Shown: positions 38,153 to 49,096, counted from the first letter of the stretch. The stretch is 64,000 nt of DNA from Longimicrobiales bacterium (GCA_965219445.1 CBDCNQ010000005.1:224001-288000), one strand, 5' to 3'. The notes: generated by a model from the sequence alone, not told the origin. Numbers and translations: made by a program.

Positions 38153-38470
38153 GTGGCGTACTACTTGGTTGAAGCAGTGGCGAAGGAAGACCGACTCCCA
38201 GAGCTCTCAGAGCGGTTGGACAGAGACGAGTTCCTTCCCATGCGCCCCTTCGGCGCGTCCGTCACATTGTCGCTGCGTGGGGCCCGCAAGCGTCCCGATG
38301 GCGGAGTGGTTTGGGAGGAGGAGGACTATTGCTCACCGCCACTCGCCCAGGAACGCGCGGCGGTGCTCGACGAGTACTTCGAGGACCTTCGTGTCACAGC
38401 CGTCCAAAGAAATGAGGGCTGGGCCGAGATTCGTGATCTGCCGCGACTCTTCCCGGAGTTGGCGGAGTAA
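38153..38470 (+). CDS. Conserved hypothetical protein
   Basis: AAGGAGG RBS; WEEEDYCSPPLAQER. Confidence 0.7.
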   Translation: MAYYLVEAVAKEDRLPELSERLDRDEFLPMRPFGASVTLSLRGARKRPDGGVVWEEEDYCSPPLAQERAAVLDEYFEDLRVTAVQRNEGWAEIRDLPRLFPELAE

Positions 38471-38690
38471 CGCGTCACAACACCGCCTCTCCTGCAGGGA
38501 GTCATCCTTCCGATCGCGCGGGCTCGCCCCACGCAAGGTGCCGTCGAGCGGATCCCGAGCCCCATGAATTTCCGCGCTTGCTAATCCGTTGGGTTCCGGC
38601 ACATCGTGAAATAGCGACATTTCCGCTTCCCTCGACGAGGACATCATGTTGAGTGCCTCGCCGTCCCAATCGTAGCCGGAACCGCCCCGC

Positions 38691-39602
38691 ATGGCCTCGA
38701 CGACGAGCTTTCCCCCCGGTCCCCTGCGCGTCGAGAACGTGGGTGTGTCTGCTGGCGGCACTTGCATCCTCAAGATGGTGGATCTGACGCTTCACCCCGG
38801 GGAAATGTGCGCGCTCATCGGTCCCTCTGGAGCGGGAAAGAGCACGCTTATCAAGGTGCTCCTGGGCCTTCGGGATCCTGACGAGGGGTCCGTGATGATG
38901 GGACCACTGCCTGTGGCGGAGCTGGGCCCGGTTGGCTACGTGCCCCAGGACGACGCACTCCACCGGGGGCTCACCGTGCGGCGTGAGCTGGCCTATGCCG
39001 CAGAGCTGCGCATGCCGGGGACGAGCGCGGACGAGCGTCAGTCCCGGATCGAGGAGATCCTCGATCAGGTCGACCTTGGTGACCGTTCCGAAGTCCGCAT
39101 TCGCCGGCTCTCCGGTGGTCAGAGAAAACGTGTGTCATTGGCCCTCGAGCTCCTGACCGGCCCGCCGTTGCTCATCCTCGACGAGCCGACTTCGGGTCTC
39201 GACCCCGGCCTCGAGGCGCGTACGATGACACTCCTGTCCCAAGTCGCGGGGACCGGCCGGATCGTCCTCGTGGCCACCCACGCCATGGAGAGCATCGAGC
39301 GGGCCCAAGCGCTGTGCGTGTTGGTGGGCGGACACGTCGCCTTCTTCGGGCCGCCCCGAAAGGCGCTCGCGTACTTCCGGGTCGATCGGTACGCCGAACT
39401 CTTCCGCCAGCTCGAGAAACAATCGCCGTCGTCGTGGCACCTCGCCGCCAGCGCGGACCCGGACCAGCGGACGTTTCTCCGCCGCCCGGGCCCCGCGCTC
39501 CGTTCGCCAGCCGCCCGAGCAGGTGGGGAGAGAGGTCAGACCAGCGCTGACGAAGCCCTCGACCGCCTGAAGGCTCGGATGGGGAGCCCGCAGGTTCCGT
39601 GA
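38691..39602 (+). CDS. ABC transporter ATP-binding protein (ABCG-like)
   Basis: GPSGAGKST, LSGGQ, LDEPTSGLD. Confidence 0.93.
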   Translation: MASTTSFPPGPLRVENVGVSAGGTCILKMVDLTLHPGEMCALIGPSGAGKSTLIKVLLGLRDPDEGSVMMGPLPVAELGPVGYVPQDDALHRGLTVRRELAYAAELRMPGTSADERQSRIEEILDQVDLGDRSEVRIRRLSGGQRKRVSLALELLTGPPLLILDEPTSGLDPGLEARTMTLLSQVAGTGRIVLVATHAMESIERAQALCVLVGGHVAFFGPPRKALAYFRVDRYAELFRQLEKQSPSSWHLAASADPDQRTFLRRPGPALRSPAARAGGERGQTSADEALDRLKARMGSPQVP

Positions 39603-40336
39603 GCACGCCGCGCCGGCAGTCATACGTCCTGGCAGCCCGCTACCGGGACTGCTTGCTCGGTGACATGGGTGGCCTCGTCCTGATTCTGGCGCAGGCCCCC
39701 CTCATCGGATGGCTGTGCGCCGTGGTGTGGGGGTCCATCGAGAGTGACACGCCCGCGCTCTACTTCGTGCTCTGCCTTGCGGCCGTCTGGTTCGGGTGTA
39801 TCAACGCCTGCCGTGAAATCGTAAAGGAGCGGGCCATCCTCGAGCGGGAGCGCCTCTTCGGCCTCCGCCCCCGCGATTACGTCATCTCCAAGGTGTGGGT
39901 GCTGGCCGCCCTGGGCGCGGCTCAGGTCGTCCTGTTGCAGGGGACGGTGGAGTGGCACCTCCAGCTTCGTGGTCCCATGCCGTTGGAGCTTCTGGCACTC
40001 TTCGGTGCCTCGGTGGCGGGCACCGGCCTCGGCCTCCTCGTCAGCGCCCTGGCAACGACACAGGAGCGGGCGGTGTTCGCGGTGCCGCTTCTCCTCCTTC
40101 CACAAATTTTGTTCTCCCAGCTGGCGATCCCCAATACTCTTTATAGTGACGTCGTCGCTGCCGTGGAGAAGGCGATGCCTGTACACTGGGCCTTCCGCGT
40201 GTTCGAGGAGAGCGCCGCCCTCGAGCCTCGCTGGCACATGGTTGCGCTATTTCTGGTCATCCTGCTGGCCATGTGCACGGCCCTCGTCGTCGCCGCTATG
40301 GTGTCCCTGCTCCCCCGGCGTGAGGTCGTGACATGA
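39599..40336 (+). CDS. ABC-2 permease
   Basis: Six TMs, REIVKERAILERER. Confidence 0.9.
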   Translation: MSTPRRQSYVLAARYRDCLLGDMGGLVLILAQAPLIGWLCAVVWGSIESDTPALYFVLCLAAVWFGCINACREIVKERAILERERLFGLRPRDYVISKVWVLAALGAAQVVLLQGTVEWHLQLRGPMPLELLALFGASVAGTGLGLLVSALATTQERAVFAVPLLLLPQILFSQLAIPNTLYSDVVAAVEKAMPVHWAFRVFEESAALEPRWHMVALFLVILLAMCTALVVAAMVSLLPRREVVT

Positions 40337-40824
40337 AAAAGGCCGTGACAGTCCTTCTGGCGCTCACCCTTCTCCTGGGAGGCTACCTCGCCGTAGCGCA
40401 CGTCTCCGGGGGCGCCTTCTCAACGCTGGGCCTGGCCCTCGGCGGGAACCGCGCCGAGCTTCGGCGCATGGCGCTCGCGTTCATAGAGGACATCCAGTTC
40501 AAGGATTTCGTGAGCGCGGCGAGCTACCACGCGCCCGACCTACGCGACAGCGTCGACATTCCGTTTCTTATCCAGCGACTCTTCACGGTGAGACCGGAGG
40601 CCCTCGACATTATGGACTACGAGGTCGTCTTCGCGGAGGTCGACTCAGGCGGGCTGCGGGCCCGGGTAAAGTTGCGCGTAAAGGTGAAGCTCCTCCTGGA
40701 CGGGCGTATCGAGGAGCGGGAGCTCTTACTCTACTTCCGACGCGACAGCGTCGACGATCCCTGGTACATGAGACTGGAAGACAGCCTCCGCCAGCTCTCG
40801 CCGGACTCGACAAAGCGAAGCTGA
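40333..40824 (+). CDS. Membrane-anchored hypothetical protein
   Basis: N-terminal hydrophobic segment; overlaps the permease stop. Confidence 0.7.
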   Translation: MKKAVTVLLALTLLLGGYLAVAHVSGGAFSTLGLALGGNRAELRRMALAFIEDIQFKDFVSAASYHAPDLRDSVDIPFLIQRLFTVRPEALDIMDYEVVFAEVDSGGLRARVKLRVKVKLLLDGRIEERELLLYFRRDSVDDPWYMRLEDSLRQLSPDSTKRS

Positions 40825-40977
40825 CGGCTCCGCCGCCCTCCAGCGCTCGCATCTGATTTGGCGCTTCTCGGAGCGTGCGGCCTGTGCGCGAAAGCCTGCT
40901 ATGTCGTATGATGACTGCCACGCTCCCGTGGCTTTCAGGCACGCATGACCGGTCCCATCAAGGCGAGGAAATGAGAA

Positions 40978-43146
40978 ATGACGAAGATGACAAAAGTTGA
41001 GCTTCGACCCGTCCGAACGCAGACTCTCGTGTTTTGCCTCGGCCTCGCCTTCACAGTCTTCATGGCGACGGCAGCGGCTGCCTTCGCTCAGCGCCTACCG
41101 GGGACCGAAAACGGTGAGTGGCGCTATCTGGGCGGCGATGCCGGGCACACCCGCTCCTCGCCCTTGAACCAAATCAACGCTGGCAACTTCGAGAACCTCG
41201 AGCAGCAGTGGGTTTGGCGGGGCGATAACTTCGGCCCCAACGTCGATTACTTTGCCAGGTCCACCCCGCTCTACGTCGACGGAATACTCTACACGGTGGT
41301 CACTCCGCGCCGGCAGGTGGTGGCGATCGACCCTGCCACGGGCGAGACGCTCTGGGTCTTTCGCGAGCCGGAGACGGTCAGGTTTTTGCGCTCTCCCAGG
41401 CGGGCCTACGGAAAAGGGGTCGCATACGGGGAGGTGGACGGGCGCGGAGTGATCTATTTCACTAGCCCCGCCTTCTTCCTTTGGGCGCTCGATGCCAAGA
41501 CGGGCCGGCCCTTGGAGAGCTGGGGCGAGCCCGTACCGCTCGACAATTTCTCCCAGACCGGTGCCCGCGATATGGTGCGGGACCTCCTGGACGGCTGGGG
41601 CCAGTGGGAGCGCTGGGACGAAGGACCGTACGACGCCGACTTCGGGGTCCCGAGGGAGCTCGGCATGGTCACCAGTTCATCGCCGCCGATCGTGGTGAAC
41701 GGGGTGGTCGTGGTGCTCGTGGGCCACGAGCCCAGCTATGGCCAGACCCGGATCCAGAACGTCCCGGGCGACATCATGGGGGTCGACGCCCGAACGGGTG
41801 AGTTGCTCTGGAAGTTCCACGTGATCCCGCGGCCCGGCGAGTTCGGGCACGAGACGTGGGAGAATGACGCCTGGCAGTGGTCGGGGGACCTGTCGTCGTG
41901 GGCTCCCGCGTCCGCCGACCCGGAGCTGGGGCTCGTGTACCTCGTGACGAACGCTTCGACGGTCCAGACGTACGCGGGCCATCGCCCGGGGCATAACCTG
42001 TTCGGCGGCAGCCTCCTCGCGTTGGACGTCCAGACGGGCGAGCGGAGGTGGCACTTCCAGATCCACCACAGCGACCAGTGGAATTACGACATTCCGGCGG
42101 CGCCCATTCTGATGGATCTGACGGTGGACGGAGAGCAGATCCCAGCGGTGATCCAGAACACGAAGCAAGGTCTCGTCTTCGCGTTCAACCGGGAGACCGG
42201 CGAGCCCATCTGGCCCATCGAGGAGCGCCCGGTCATTCAGACGCAAGTCCCTGGCAACTACACTGCGGCCACTCAGCCCTACCCGACCCTGCCGGAACCG
42301 TTGGACCCAATCGTAGTGGACGGGCTGACCGAAGAGTACCTCATCGACTACACTCCGGAGCTGAATGCGCAGGCGCAGATCATGCTGAGTCAGTTCCAGG
42401 TCGGGGGCCTCTACGTACCGCCGCTTCCCTTCAACCACGATAACGACTTCGTCAACAACGTCGGTTGCCAAGGGGGGTTGAACATCCCCCGTCCTGCGGT
42501 CGCGGATCCCAGCACGGGAATGATGTACGCGTCGCACAGCCGGACCTGCAGCGCCCGCCAGTTCATGGCGCCCACCAACGGGGTGGACGAAGAGCGCACG
42601 GAGTACGCCGTACCTGACGAGGGCGGTGCCACTCCCAACTATACTCCCACCACGGGCACCACGGTGGCAGCGTGGCTACCCGGGGGTGGCACAGGGCAGG
42701 GGCGGCTGGAGACGATCGAGGGCCTGCGGCTCTACAAGCCCCTGGACAACCAGCTCTCCGCCTTCCAGATGAACACGGGCAGGCAGGTCTGGTCGTTGCC
42801 AGTCGGCCAGACTCCTGAGCGGATCAGGAATCACCCTCTTCTGGCGGGAGTGGACGTTCCCAATACGGGAGGAGCCGGCGCGTCGATCCAGATGGTCATG
42901 GGCGATCTCTTGGTCCAGACCAGGGCGCTCAGTAACGGGGGCTCGCAGTTACTCCCGGATGCGCCGATGGAGCTCCATGCCCGCGACAAGCGGACGGGCG
43001 AGATCTTGGGGAGCGTCCCGCTTCCGGCCCCCGGCCAGTACGGGATGATGACCTACATGCACGAAGGCAGACAGTACGTCGTCGTGCAGATCGGGAGCAT
43101 CCGCACGGACTTCCCGGGCTCGCTGGTGGCCTACGCGTTGCCTTGA
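40978..43146 (+). CDS. PQQ-binding beta-propeller dehydrogenase (quinoprotein GDH-like), paralogue 1
   Basis: Signal peptide, EWRYLGGD, WHFQIHHSDQWNYD, MTYMHEGRQY. Confidence 0.9.
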   Translation: MTKMTKVELRPVRTQTLVFCLGLAFTVFMATAAAAFAQRLPGTENGEWRYLGGDAGHTRSSPLNQINAGNFENLEQQWVWRGDNFGPNVDYFARSTPLYVDGILYTVVTPRRQVVAIDPATGETLWVFREPETVRFLRSPRRAYGKGVAYGEVDGRGVIYFTSPAFFLWALDAKTGRPLESWGEPVPLDNFSQTGARDMVRDLLDGWGQWERWDEGPYDADFGVPRELGMVTSSSPPIVVNGVVVVLVGHEPSYGQTRIQNVPGDIMGVDARTGELLWKFHVIPRPGEFGHETWENDAWQWSGDLSSWAPASADPELGLVYLVTNASTVQTYAGHRPGHNLFGGSLLALDVQTGERRWHFQIHHSDQWNYDIPAAPILMDLTVDGEQIPAVIQNTKQGLVFAFNRETGEPIWPIEERPVIQTQVPGNYTAATQPYPTLPEPLDPIVVDGLTEEYLIDYTPELNAQAQIMLSQFQVGGLYVPPLPFNHDNDFVNNVGCQGGLNIPRPAVADPSTGMMYASHSRTCSARQFMAPTNGVDEERTEYAVPDEGGATPNYTPTTGTTVAAWLPGGGTGQGRLETIEGLRLYKPLDNQLSAFQMNTGRQVWSLPVGQTPERIRNHPLLAGVDVPNTGGAGASIQMVMGDLLVQTRALSNGGSQLLPDAPMELHARDKRTGEILGSVPLPAPGQYGMMTYMHEGRQYVVVQIGSIRTDFPGSLVAYALP

Positions 43147-43937
43147 TTGGGGCCAGCCGGCGGGGGCCATTCAGCCGGTAGGTGGATGTGCCAAAGCCGC
43201 CTTGAGGGGGTACGCTCGTAAGAGGCACCCCCACAAGGAGGACGTCGATGGGCAAGAACATCGTCCACGTGATCGGAACCGGGACCATCGGTGAGCCGCT
43301 CGTGGGCCTGTTGGCCATTCATAAGGAAGAGTTCAACATCGATGAGGTCACGTTCCACAAGAACATGCCCTACAGTCACGACCGTCCCAAGCTCCTGCAG
43401 ATGATTGGGAAGGGCGCCAACATGGCGACCCGCAAGGACCGCATCGAGAAGTTCGAGGAGCAGGGTATCGAAGTCGCCTACGAGCAAGAGGAAGCGATCG
43501 AGCGGGCAACGGTGGTGATCGATTGCACGCCGAGCGGCATCGGCATCGACAACAAGAACGAGTTCTACGAGAAGTATCGTGACAGGGTACGTGGGTTCAT
43601 CGCCCAAGGTTCTGAGTTCGGGTTCGGCACGATGTACGCGCGGGGCATCAACGACGACGTGCTCGACGACAGCCACTCGCAATTCGTGCACGTGGTCAGC
43701 TGCAATACGCACAATCTGGCTGCGCTGCTGCAAACCTTGGGTGATGACAGCGCCGAGGGATTGGGGATCGAGGAAGCACGTTTCGTGTGTCTGCGGCGCG
43801 CGAACGACATTTCAGAGAACAGCGGGTTCGTGCCTGCACCGCAGCTCGGCGTTCACTCTGACTCACGCTTTGGCACCCATCACGCTCACGATGCGTACCA
43901 TTTGTTCAGGACCAAGGGTCACGAGCTGAATCTGTAT

Positions 43938-45322
43938 GAGCTAGGATCAAGGGTGTGTAAAAAAAGAGGCGACGTACCTTTCCGCTAGGTAGTAAGAAGT
44001 TAACCAGCGAATCCCGGGTGAGCGCCCGGGGGAAAGGAACGATGCCTCGTGAGGAAGAATATGGTGGGACCCGAGAGTGAGTCCAGCACGCCGACGTGGG
44101 AGTGCTTGGAAGCGCTGGTTCGTGAGAAGGCCCAGGAGATGGTCCAGCGGATTCTGGAGGAGGAAGTGACGGAGTTGCTCGGCCGGGAGAAGTCGGAGCG
44201 GAAGACGGTCGTAGACCCGGCGCCAGGCTACCGCAACGGCTACGGCAAGGCTCGGCGGCTGGCGATGAGCTCGGGCACGATCATGCTCCGACGGCCCCGG
44301 GTTCGAGGCATTGAGGAGCGGTTCGAGAGTCGGGTGTTGCCGTTGTTCGCACGACGGACGAAGGAGGTGGGTGCTCTGCTTCCGGAGCTGTATCTGCACG
44401 GGCTGGCGGAGGGAGACTTCGAGCTGGCGATGCGGGGCCTGCTGGGCGAGGGGGCCCCGTTGTCGAAGTCTTCGATTTGGCGGCTGCGGGCGGGATGGAC
44501 AAGGAAATTCGAGGAATGGTCGAAGCGCTCGCTGGCCGACCGTGAGGTCGTCTACGTCTGGGCGGACGGGATCTACGTGAAGGCGGGGCTCGAGCGGGAC
44601 AAGGCAGCGCTGCTGGTGGTTCTCGGTGCGATGCGAGATGGTACGAAGGAGGTGTTGGCCCTGAGATCGGGCTACCGAGAGTCGGTCGAGTCCTGGTCCG
44701 AGGTGTTGCGGGATCTGAAGGCACGCGGCATCGAGGCGCCCCGGCTTTTGATGGCGGACGGCAACGCGGCGATCTGGGGCGCAGTACGGCAGGTATGGCC
44801 TGAGGCGGGCGAGCAACGGTGCTGGAACCACAAGATGAGGAACGTGCTGGACCGGCTGCCTCAGCGGGAGCAGAGCGAGGCGAAGGACCTTCTCAGGACC
44901 GTGGTCTACGCACCGAGGCGGTCCGAGGCGCTGAAGGCCCGTGAGGCGTTCGCCAGGCGCTACAGACCGTGGTATCCGAAGGCGGTGGATGTACTCGAGG
45001 ACGACTGGGAGCGGATGGTGGCGTTCTACGACTTCCCCGAGGACCACTGGAAGCATCTACGCACGACGAACGTGGTCGAGAGCCCCTTTGCCGCAGTACG
45101 GCTCAGGACAACGGCGGCGAAGCGCTTCAAGCGGGTCGAGAGCGCTACGGCGCTGATCTGGAAGCTGCTCTTGGTGGCGGAGAAGCGCTTCAGAAGGCTC
45201 GACGCTCCTCACCTCCTCAAGGACGTATTTGAAGGAAGAAAGTTCGAAGACGGAAAGCCCGTCTCAACCCAACAGCGGAAAAACGCCGCCTGAAACATTT
45301 ACACACCTATTGACCCAACCTC
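43938..45322 (+). mobile_element. IS256-family element
   Basis: IRs GAGCTAGGATCAAGGGTGTGTAAA / TTTACACACCTATTGACCCAACCTC; no TSD. Confidence 0.88.
44049..45293 (+). CDS. IS256 transposase
   Basis: YRNGY, WADG, MADG, QRCWNH, RTTNVVES. Confidence 0.93.
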   Translation: MRKNMVGPESESSTPTWECLEALVREKAQEMVQRILEEEVTELLGREKSERKTVVDPAPGYRNGYGKARRLAMSSGTIMLRRPRVRGIEERFESRVLPLFARRTKEVGALLPELYLHGLAEGDFELAMRGLLGEGAPLSKSSIWRLRAGWTRKFEEWSKRSLADREVVYVWADGIYVKAGLERDKAALLVVLGAMRDGTKEVLALRSGYRESVESWSEVLRDLKARGIEAPRLLMADGNAAIWGAVRQVWPEAGEQRCWNHKMRNVLDRLPQREQSEAKDLLRTVVYAPRRSEALKAREAFARRYRPWYPKAVDVLEDDWERMVAFYDFPEDHWKHLRTTNVVESPFAAVRLRTTAAKRFKRVESATALIWKLLLVAEKRFRRLDAPHLLKDVFEGRKFEDGKPVSTQQRKNAA

Positions 45323-45670
45323 CTCTGCCAACGACATCTTCTCCTTCGGTCGCGAGCACGGTCACTACGGCCGCATCCTGAGCCATACGGTGGTGCCCAC
45401 CCCAGTGCTCGCAGCTCGGGGCGATCACGAGATCGTGGGCTCTTGCTTCACGCCGCAGGATGGCAATTCATTGCTGTCTTCGATCGCGCAGACGTTGCGG
45501 TGGCTGGATCGGGACAGCCTGGACGACCGGATCGACTGTCTGCGGCCGTATCTGTTCCAGGAGATTTAGGGGGCAACCACCATCAGAAGATCATCCGGGA
45601 GGTGCTCGACGCGAGGGCGGACCGTAGTTTCAAACTCAATGCCCGATCCCATCAAGGCGAGGAATGAGGA

Positions 45671-47839
45671 ATGACCAAGATGATGAACGTTGAGCTTCGA
45701 CCCGTCCGAACGCAGACTCTCGTGTTTTGCCTCGGCCTCGCCTTCACAGTCTTCATGGCGACGGCAACGACTGCCTTCGCTCAGCGCCTCACAGGGACCG
45801 AGAACGGTGAATGGCGTTACCTGGGCGGCGATGCCGGGCACACCCGCTCCTCGCCCCTGAGCCAAATCAACGCCAACAACTTCGAGGACCTCGACGTGCA
45901 GTGGATCTGGCGGGGCGACAACTTCGGCCCCAGCGTCGACTACTTCATGCGTTCCACTCCGATCTACGTCGACGGAATGCTCTACACGGTGGCCACTCCG
46001 CGGCGGCAGGTGGTGGCCATCGACCCCGCTACGGGGGAGACGATCTGGGTCTTCCGCGAGCCCGAGACCACCCGGTGGTTGCGCTCTCCCAGACGGTCCT
46101 ACGGAAAAGGGGTCGCCTACGGCGAGGTGGACGGCCGCGGGGTGATCTACATGACGACTCCCGGCTTCTTCCTTTGGGCGCTCGACGCCAAGACGGGCCG
46201 GCCCTTGGAGGACTGGGGCGCACCCGTACCGCTCGATGATTTCGAACAGACCGGTGTCGTTGACCTGGTCCCGCAGCTCCTGGACGGCTGGGGCCAGTGG
46301 GAGCGCTGGGATGAAGGCCCGTACGACCCCGACTACGGGGTCCCGAGAGAGCTCGGTATGGTCACCAGCTCGTCGCCGCCGATCGTGGTGAACGGGGTGG
46401 TCGTGGTCCTCGTGGGCCACCAGCCCAGCTACGGCCAGACCCGGGTCGAAAACATCCCGGGCGACATCATGGGGTTCGACGCCAGAACCGGAGAGTTCCT
46501 CTGGAAGTTCCACGTCATCCCGCGGCCCGGGGAGTTCGGCCACGAGACATGGGAGAACGACGCCTGGCAGTGGTCGGGAGACCTTTCGTCATGGGCTCCT
46601 GCCTCCGCCGACCCGGATCTGGGGCTCGTCTACCTCGTGACGAACGCGTCGACGGTGCAGTCGTACGCGGGTCATCGGCCGGGGCACAACCTGTTCGGCG
46701 GTAGCGTCCTCGCGTTGGACGTCCAGACGGGCGAGCGGAGGTGGCACTTCCAGATCCACCACAGTGACCAGTGGAACTATGACCTTCCGACGCCGCCCAT
46801 GCTGATGGATCTGACCGTGAACGGAGAGCAGATCCCCGCGTTGATCCAGAACACGAAGCAGGGCCTCGTCTTCGCGTTCAACCGGGAGACCGGCCAGCCC
46901 ATCTGGCCCATTGAGGAGCGTCCGGTCATTCAGACCCAAGTTCCCGGCAACTATACGGCGGCCACGCAGCCCTATCCGACCCTGCCCGAACCGCTGGACC
47001 CGATCGTATTGAACGGGCTGACCGAAGAGTTCGTCATCGACTACACGCCGGATCTGAAGGCGCAGGCGCAGATCATGCTGAGTCAGTTCCAGATCGGGGG
47101 TCTCTACGTGCCGCCTCTTCCCTTCGACCACGACAACGACTTCGTCAACAACGTTGGCTGTACGAGCGGCGTGAACGTCCCCTTTCCGCCGGTCGCGGAT
47201 CCCAGCACAGGAATGATGTACGCATCGCACCAACGGGGCTGCAGCGCCCCCGGGTTCATGGCGCCCACGGGCGGGGTGGACGTGGACGACTCGGACTATG
47301 CCGTGCCCAACGCTGACGGCGCTACCCCCAACTATACTCCTACCACGGGCACCACGGTGGCAGCGTGGCTGCCCGGCGGTGGCGGAGGGGAGGGGCGCCT
47401 GGGGACGATCGACGGCCTGCGGCTCTGGCGGCCCATGGAGAGCCGGCTCACTGCCCTCCAGATGAACTGGGGCGAGCGGGTCTGGTCGTTGCCGGTCGGC
47501 GAGACTCCCGAGCGGATCAGGAACCACCCGCTTCTGGCGGGAGTGGACATTCCCAATACGGGAGGAATCGGCTTGTCGATCCAGATGGTCATGGGTGATC
47601 TCTTGGTTCAGACCAGGGCGCTCAGTCGAGGCGTCGTGCAGTTTCTCCCCGACGCCCCGTTGGCGCTCAATGCCCGTGACAAGCGGACGGGCGAGATCCT
47701 GGGGAGCGTCGAGCTTCCGGCCCCCGGCCAGTACGGGATGATGACCTACATGCACGAAGGCAAACAGTACGTCGTCGTGCAGATCGGGAGCGTCCGCACC
47801 GACTTTCCGGGCTCGCTGGTGGCGTATGCGCTGCCGTGA
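45671..47839 (+). CDS. PQQ-binding dehydrogenase, paralogue 2
   Basis: Collinear 722-aa paralogue of 40978-43146. Confidence 0.9.
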   Translation: MTKMMNVELRPVRTQTLVFCLGLAFTVFMATATTAFAQRLTGTENGEWRYLGGDAGHTRSSPLSQINANNFEDLDVQWIWRGDNFGPSVDYFMRSTPIYVDGMLYTVATPRRQVVAIDPATGETIWVFREPETTRWLRSPRRSYGKGVAYGEVDGRGVIYMTTPGFFLWALDAKTGRPLEDWGAPVPLDDFEQTGVVDLVPQLLDGWGQWERWDEGPYDPDYGVPRELGMVTSSSPPIVVNGVVVVLVGHQPSYGQTRVENIPGDIMGFDARTGEFLWKFHVIPRPGEFGHETWENDAWQWSGDLSSWAPASADPDLGLVYLVTNASTVQSYAGHRPGHNLFGGSVLALDVQTGERRWHFQIHHSDQWNYDLPTPPMLMDLTVNGEQIPALIQNTKQGLVFAFNRETGQPIWPIEERPVIQTQVPGNYTAATQPYPTLPEPLDPIVLNGLTEEFVIDYTPDLKAQAQIMLSQFQIGGLYVPPLPFDHDNDFVNNVGCTSGVNVPFPPVADPSTGMMYASHQRGCSAPGFMAPTGGVDVDDSDYAVPNADGATPNYTPTTGTTVAAWLPGGGGGEGRLGTIDGLRLWRPMESRLTALQMNWGERVWSLPVGETPERIRNHPLLAGVDIPNTGGIGLSIQMVMGDLLVQTRALSRGVVQFLPDAPLALNARDKRTGEILGSVELPAPGQYGMMTYMHEGKQYVVVQIGSVRTDFPGSLVAYALP

Positions 47840-47899
47840 TTGCCAACGTGGTCTTTCCTCAGCCACCCAACCCCGTGGAGCCGGGTAGCTCCCCGCGGA

Positions 47900-48937
47900 T
47901 TATCGATCCAGTACGCGAATACCTCCACCGAAGACCGCGCCACCGATAGGGGTGCGGCCGCCAAGCTGCATCATCGTTCCCATATCGAAGGTCACCATAT
48001 CGTCGGTGGACTCATTCATCACGTGGAGAGTGTTGCTATCGGGTGAGAACAATGGGAAGCCATGCCCTGTGTCATCCGGGCTGATCCTCAGGCTGGCCAG
48101 GATCTCCTTCGTCCGCGTGTCGATGATGGATACCTCTGGACCCTGTGTCGCGGCCGCCAACCGGCCGTCTGGTGAGACTGCGACCCGCCCCCTCCCGTTG
48201 ATTCGGGTTTGGATTACCGTGATCACCTCGTCGGTGGCGGAATCAATGACCGTTACCGAGCCATCTCCATCCCCATTGACCCACACTTCGTCATTCGGGC
48301 CTCCGAAGTCGACCCCGTTGGGGCGGCTACCCGCGTGGAGCCGGATGATTCTGAGAATCCGGTCCCTCTTCGCGTCGATGACGACGACGCGGTCGTCACG
48401 TGTCGGAAAGTAGAGTTTGTCATTGCCTGGATGGACCCCCAGATGATTGCCCGCAATCACCGTGTCGATCTTCTTGACGGCCTCGGTCTCGACGTCATAG
48501 ACCACTACACCGGGCACTTCCGCATACTGGACCGTGATGTACAGCTTGCTCCCGTCGCGGTTGAGCGCCACACCATGAGGGTCGCTGGAGGTCGATTCGC
48601 GCCGCCCGATTCGTGCAAATCCACGTACTTCCAGAGGCCGGGAAAAGTACTCGGTCTCGATCGCTCCTCTTTCCTCGAACGTAACCAAGTCCAGAATGAC
48701 GACCTTCTTCGCATAAGGCACTGACACGTATATTGTCCTGCCATCTGGACTGACAGCGCCCTCATGGGTCTCTCCGTACCACTCACCCGGCACCACGAAC
48801 TCATTGAGGATCTCCCTTGTGAGCGGATCGACCTCGGACACCTTGTTGTCCGTGTGGCTGACTGCGAGAACCGTATAATCTTGGGCTAGTGCCGGAGCCA
48901 CAGTGAGAAACATCAGCACGCAGGTCATCCTCAACAT
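47900..48937 (-). CDS. YncE/YVTN beta-propeller protein
   Basis: Signal peptide, repeated SPDG..YV / VID motifs. Confidence 0.85.
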   Translation of the reverse strand: MLRMTCVLMFLTVAPALAQDYTVLAVSHTDNKVSEVDPLTREILNEFVVPGEWYGETHEGAVSPDGRTIYVSVPYAKKVVILDLVTFEERGAIETEYFSRPLEVRGFARIGRRESTSSDPHGVALNRDGSKLYITVQYAEVPGVVVYDVETEAVKKIDTVIAGNHLGVHPGNDKLYFPTRDDRVVVIDAKRDRILRIIRLHAGSRPNGVDFGGPNDEVWVNGDGDGSVTVIDSATDEVITVIQTRINGRGRVAVSPDGRLAAATQGPEVSIIDTRTKEILASLRISPDDTGHGFPLFSPDSNTLHVMNESTDDMVTFDMGTMMQLGGRTPIGGAVFGGGIRVLDR

Positions 48938-49096
48938 ACGAACACCATCCTCGCAAGAGTTACCCGATGTGGAGTCGCTCTGGGACTTCGATTTTCCATC
49001 TTACGAAAACCCTCGTGTCCTGACCATCACACACAGGAGGAACCGCGTGGCGCGGGAAGATACCTCCTCAGAAGACACCTCCTCAGTCGGGTGGCG

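Larger units (their letters stand above)
43248..45569 (+). pseudogene. Archaeal-type (type II) GAPDH-like protein disrupted by IS256
   Basis: VIGTGTIG, IDCTP, VVSCNTH, RRAND; C-terminus resumes at 45324 as SANDIFSFG...QEI*. Confidence 0.75.

Noticed and set aside
45322..45332. CCTCTGCCAAC resembling the IS3 left end
   Set aside because: Short match that lies mostly in the GAPDH-like coding frame (SAN); probably chance
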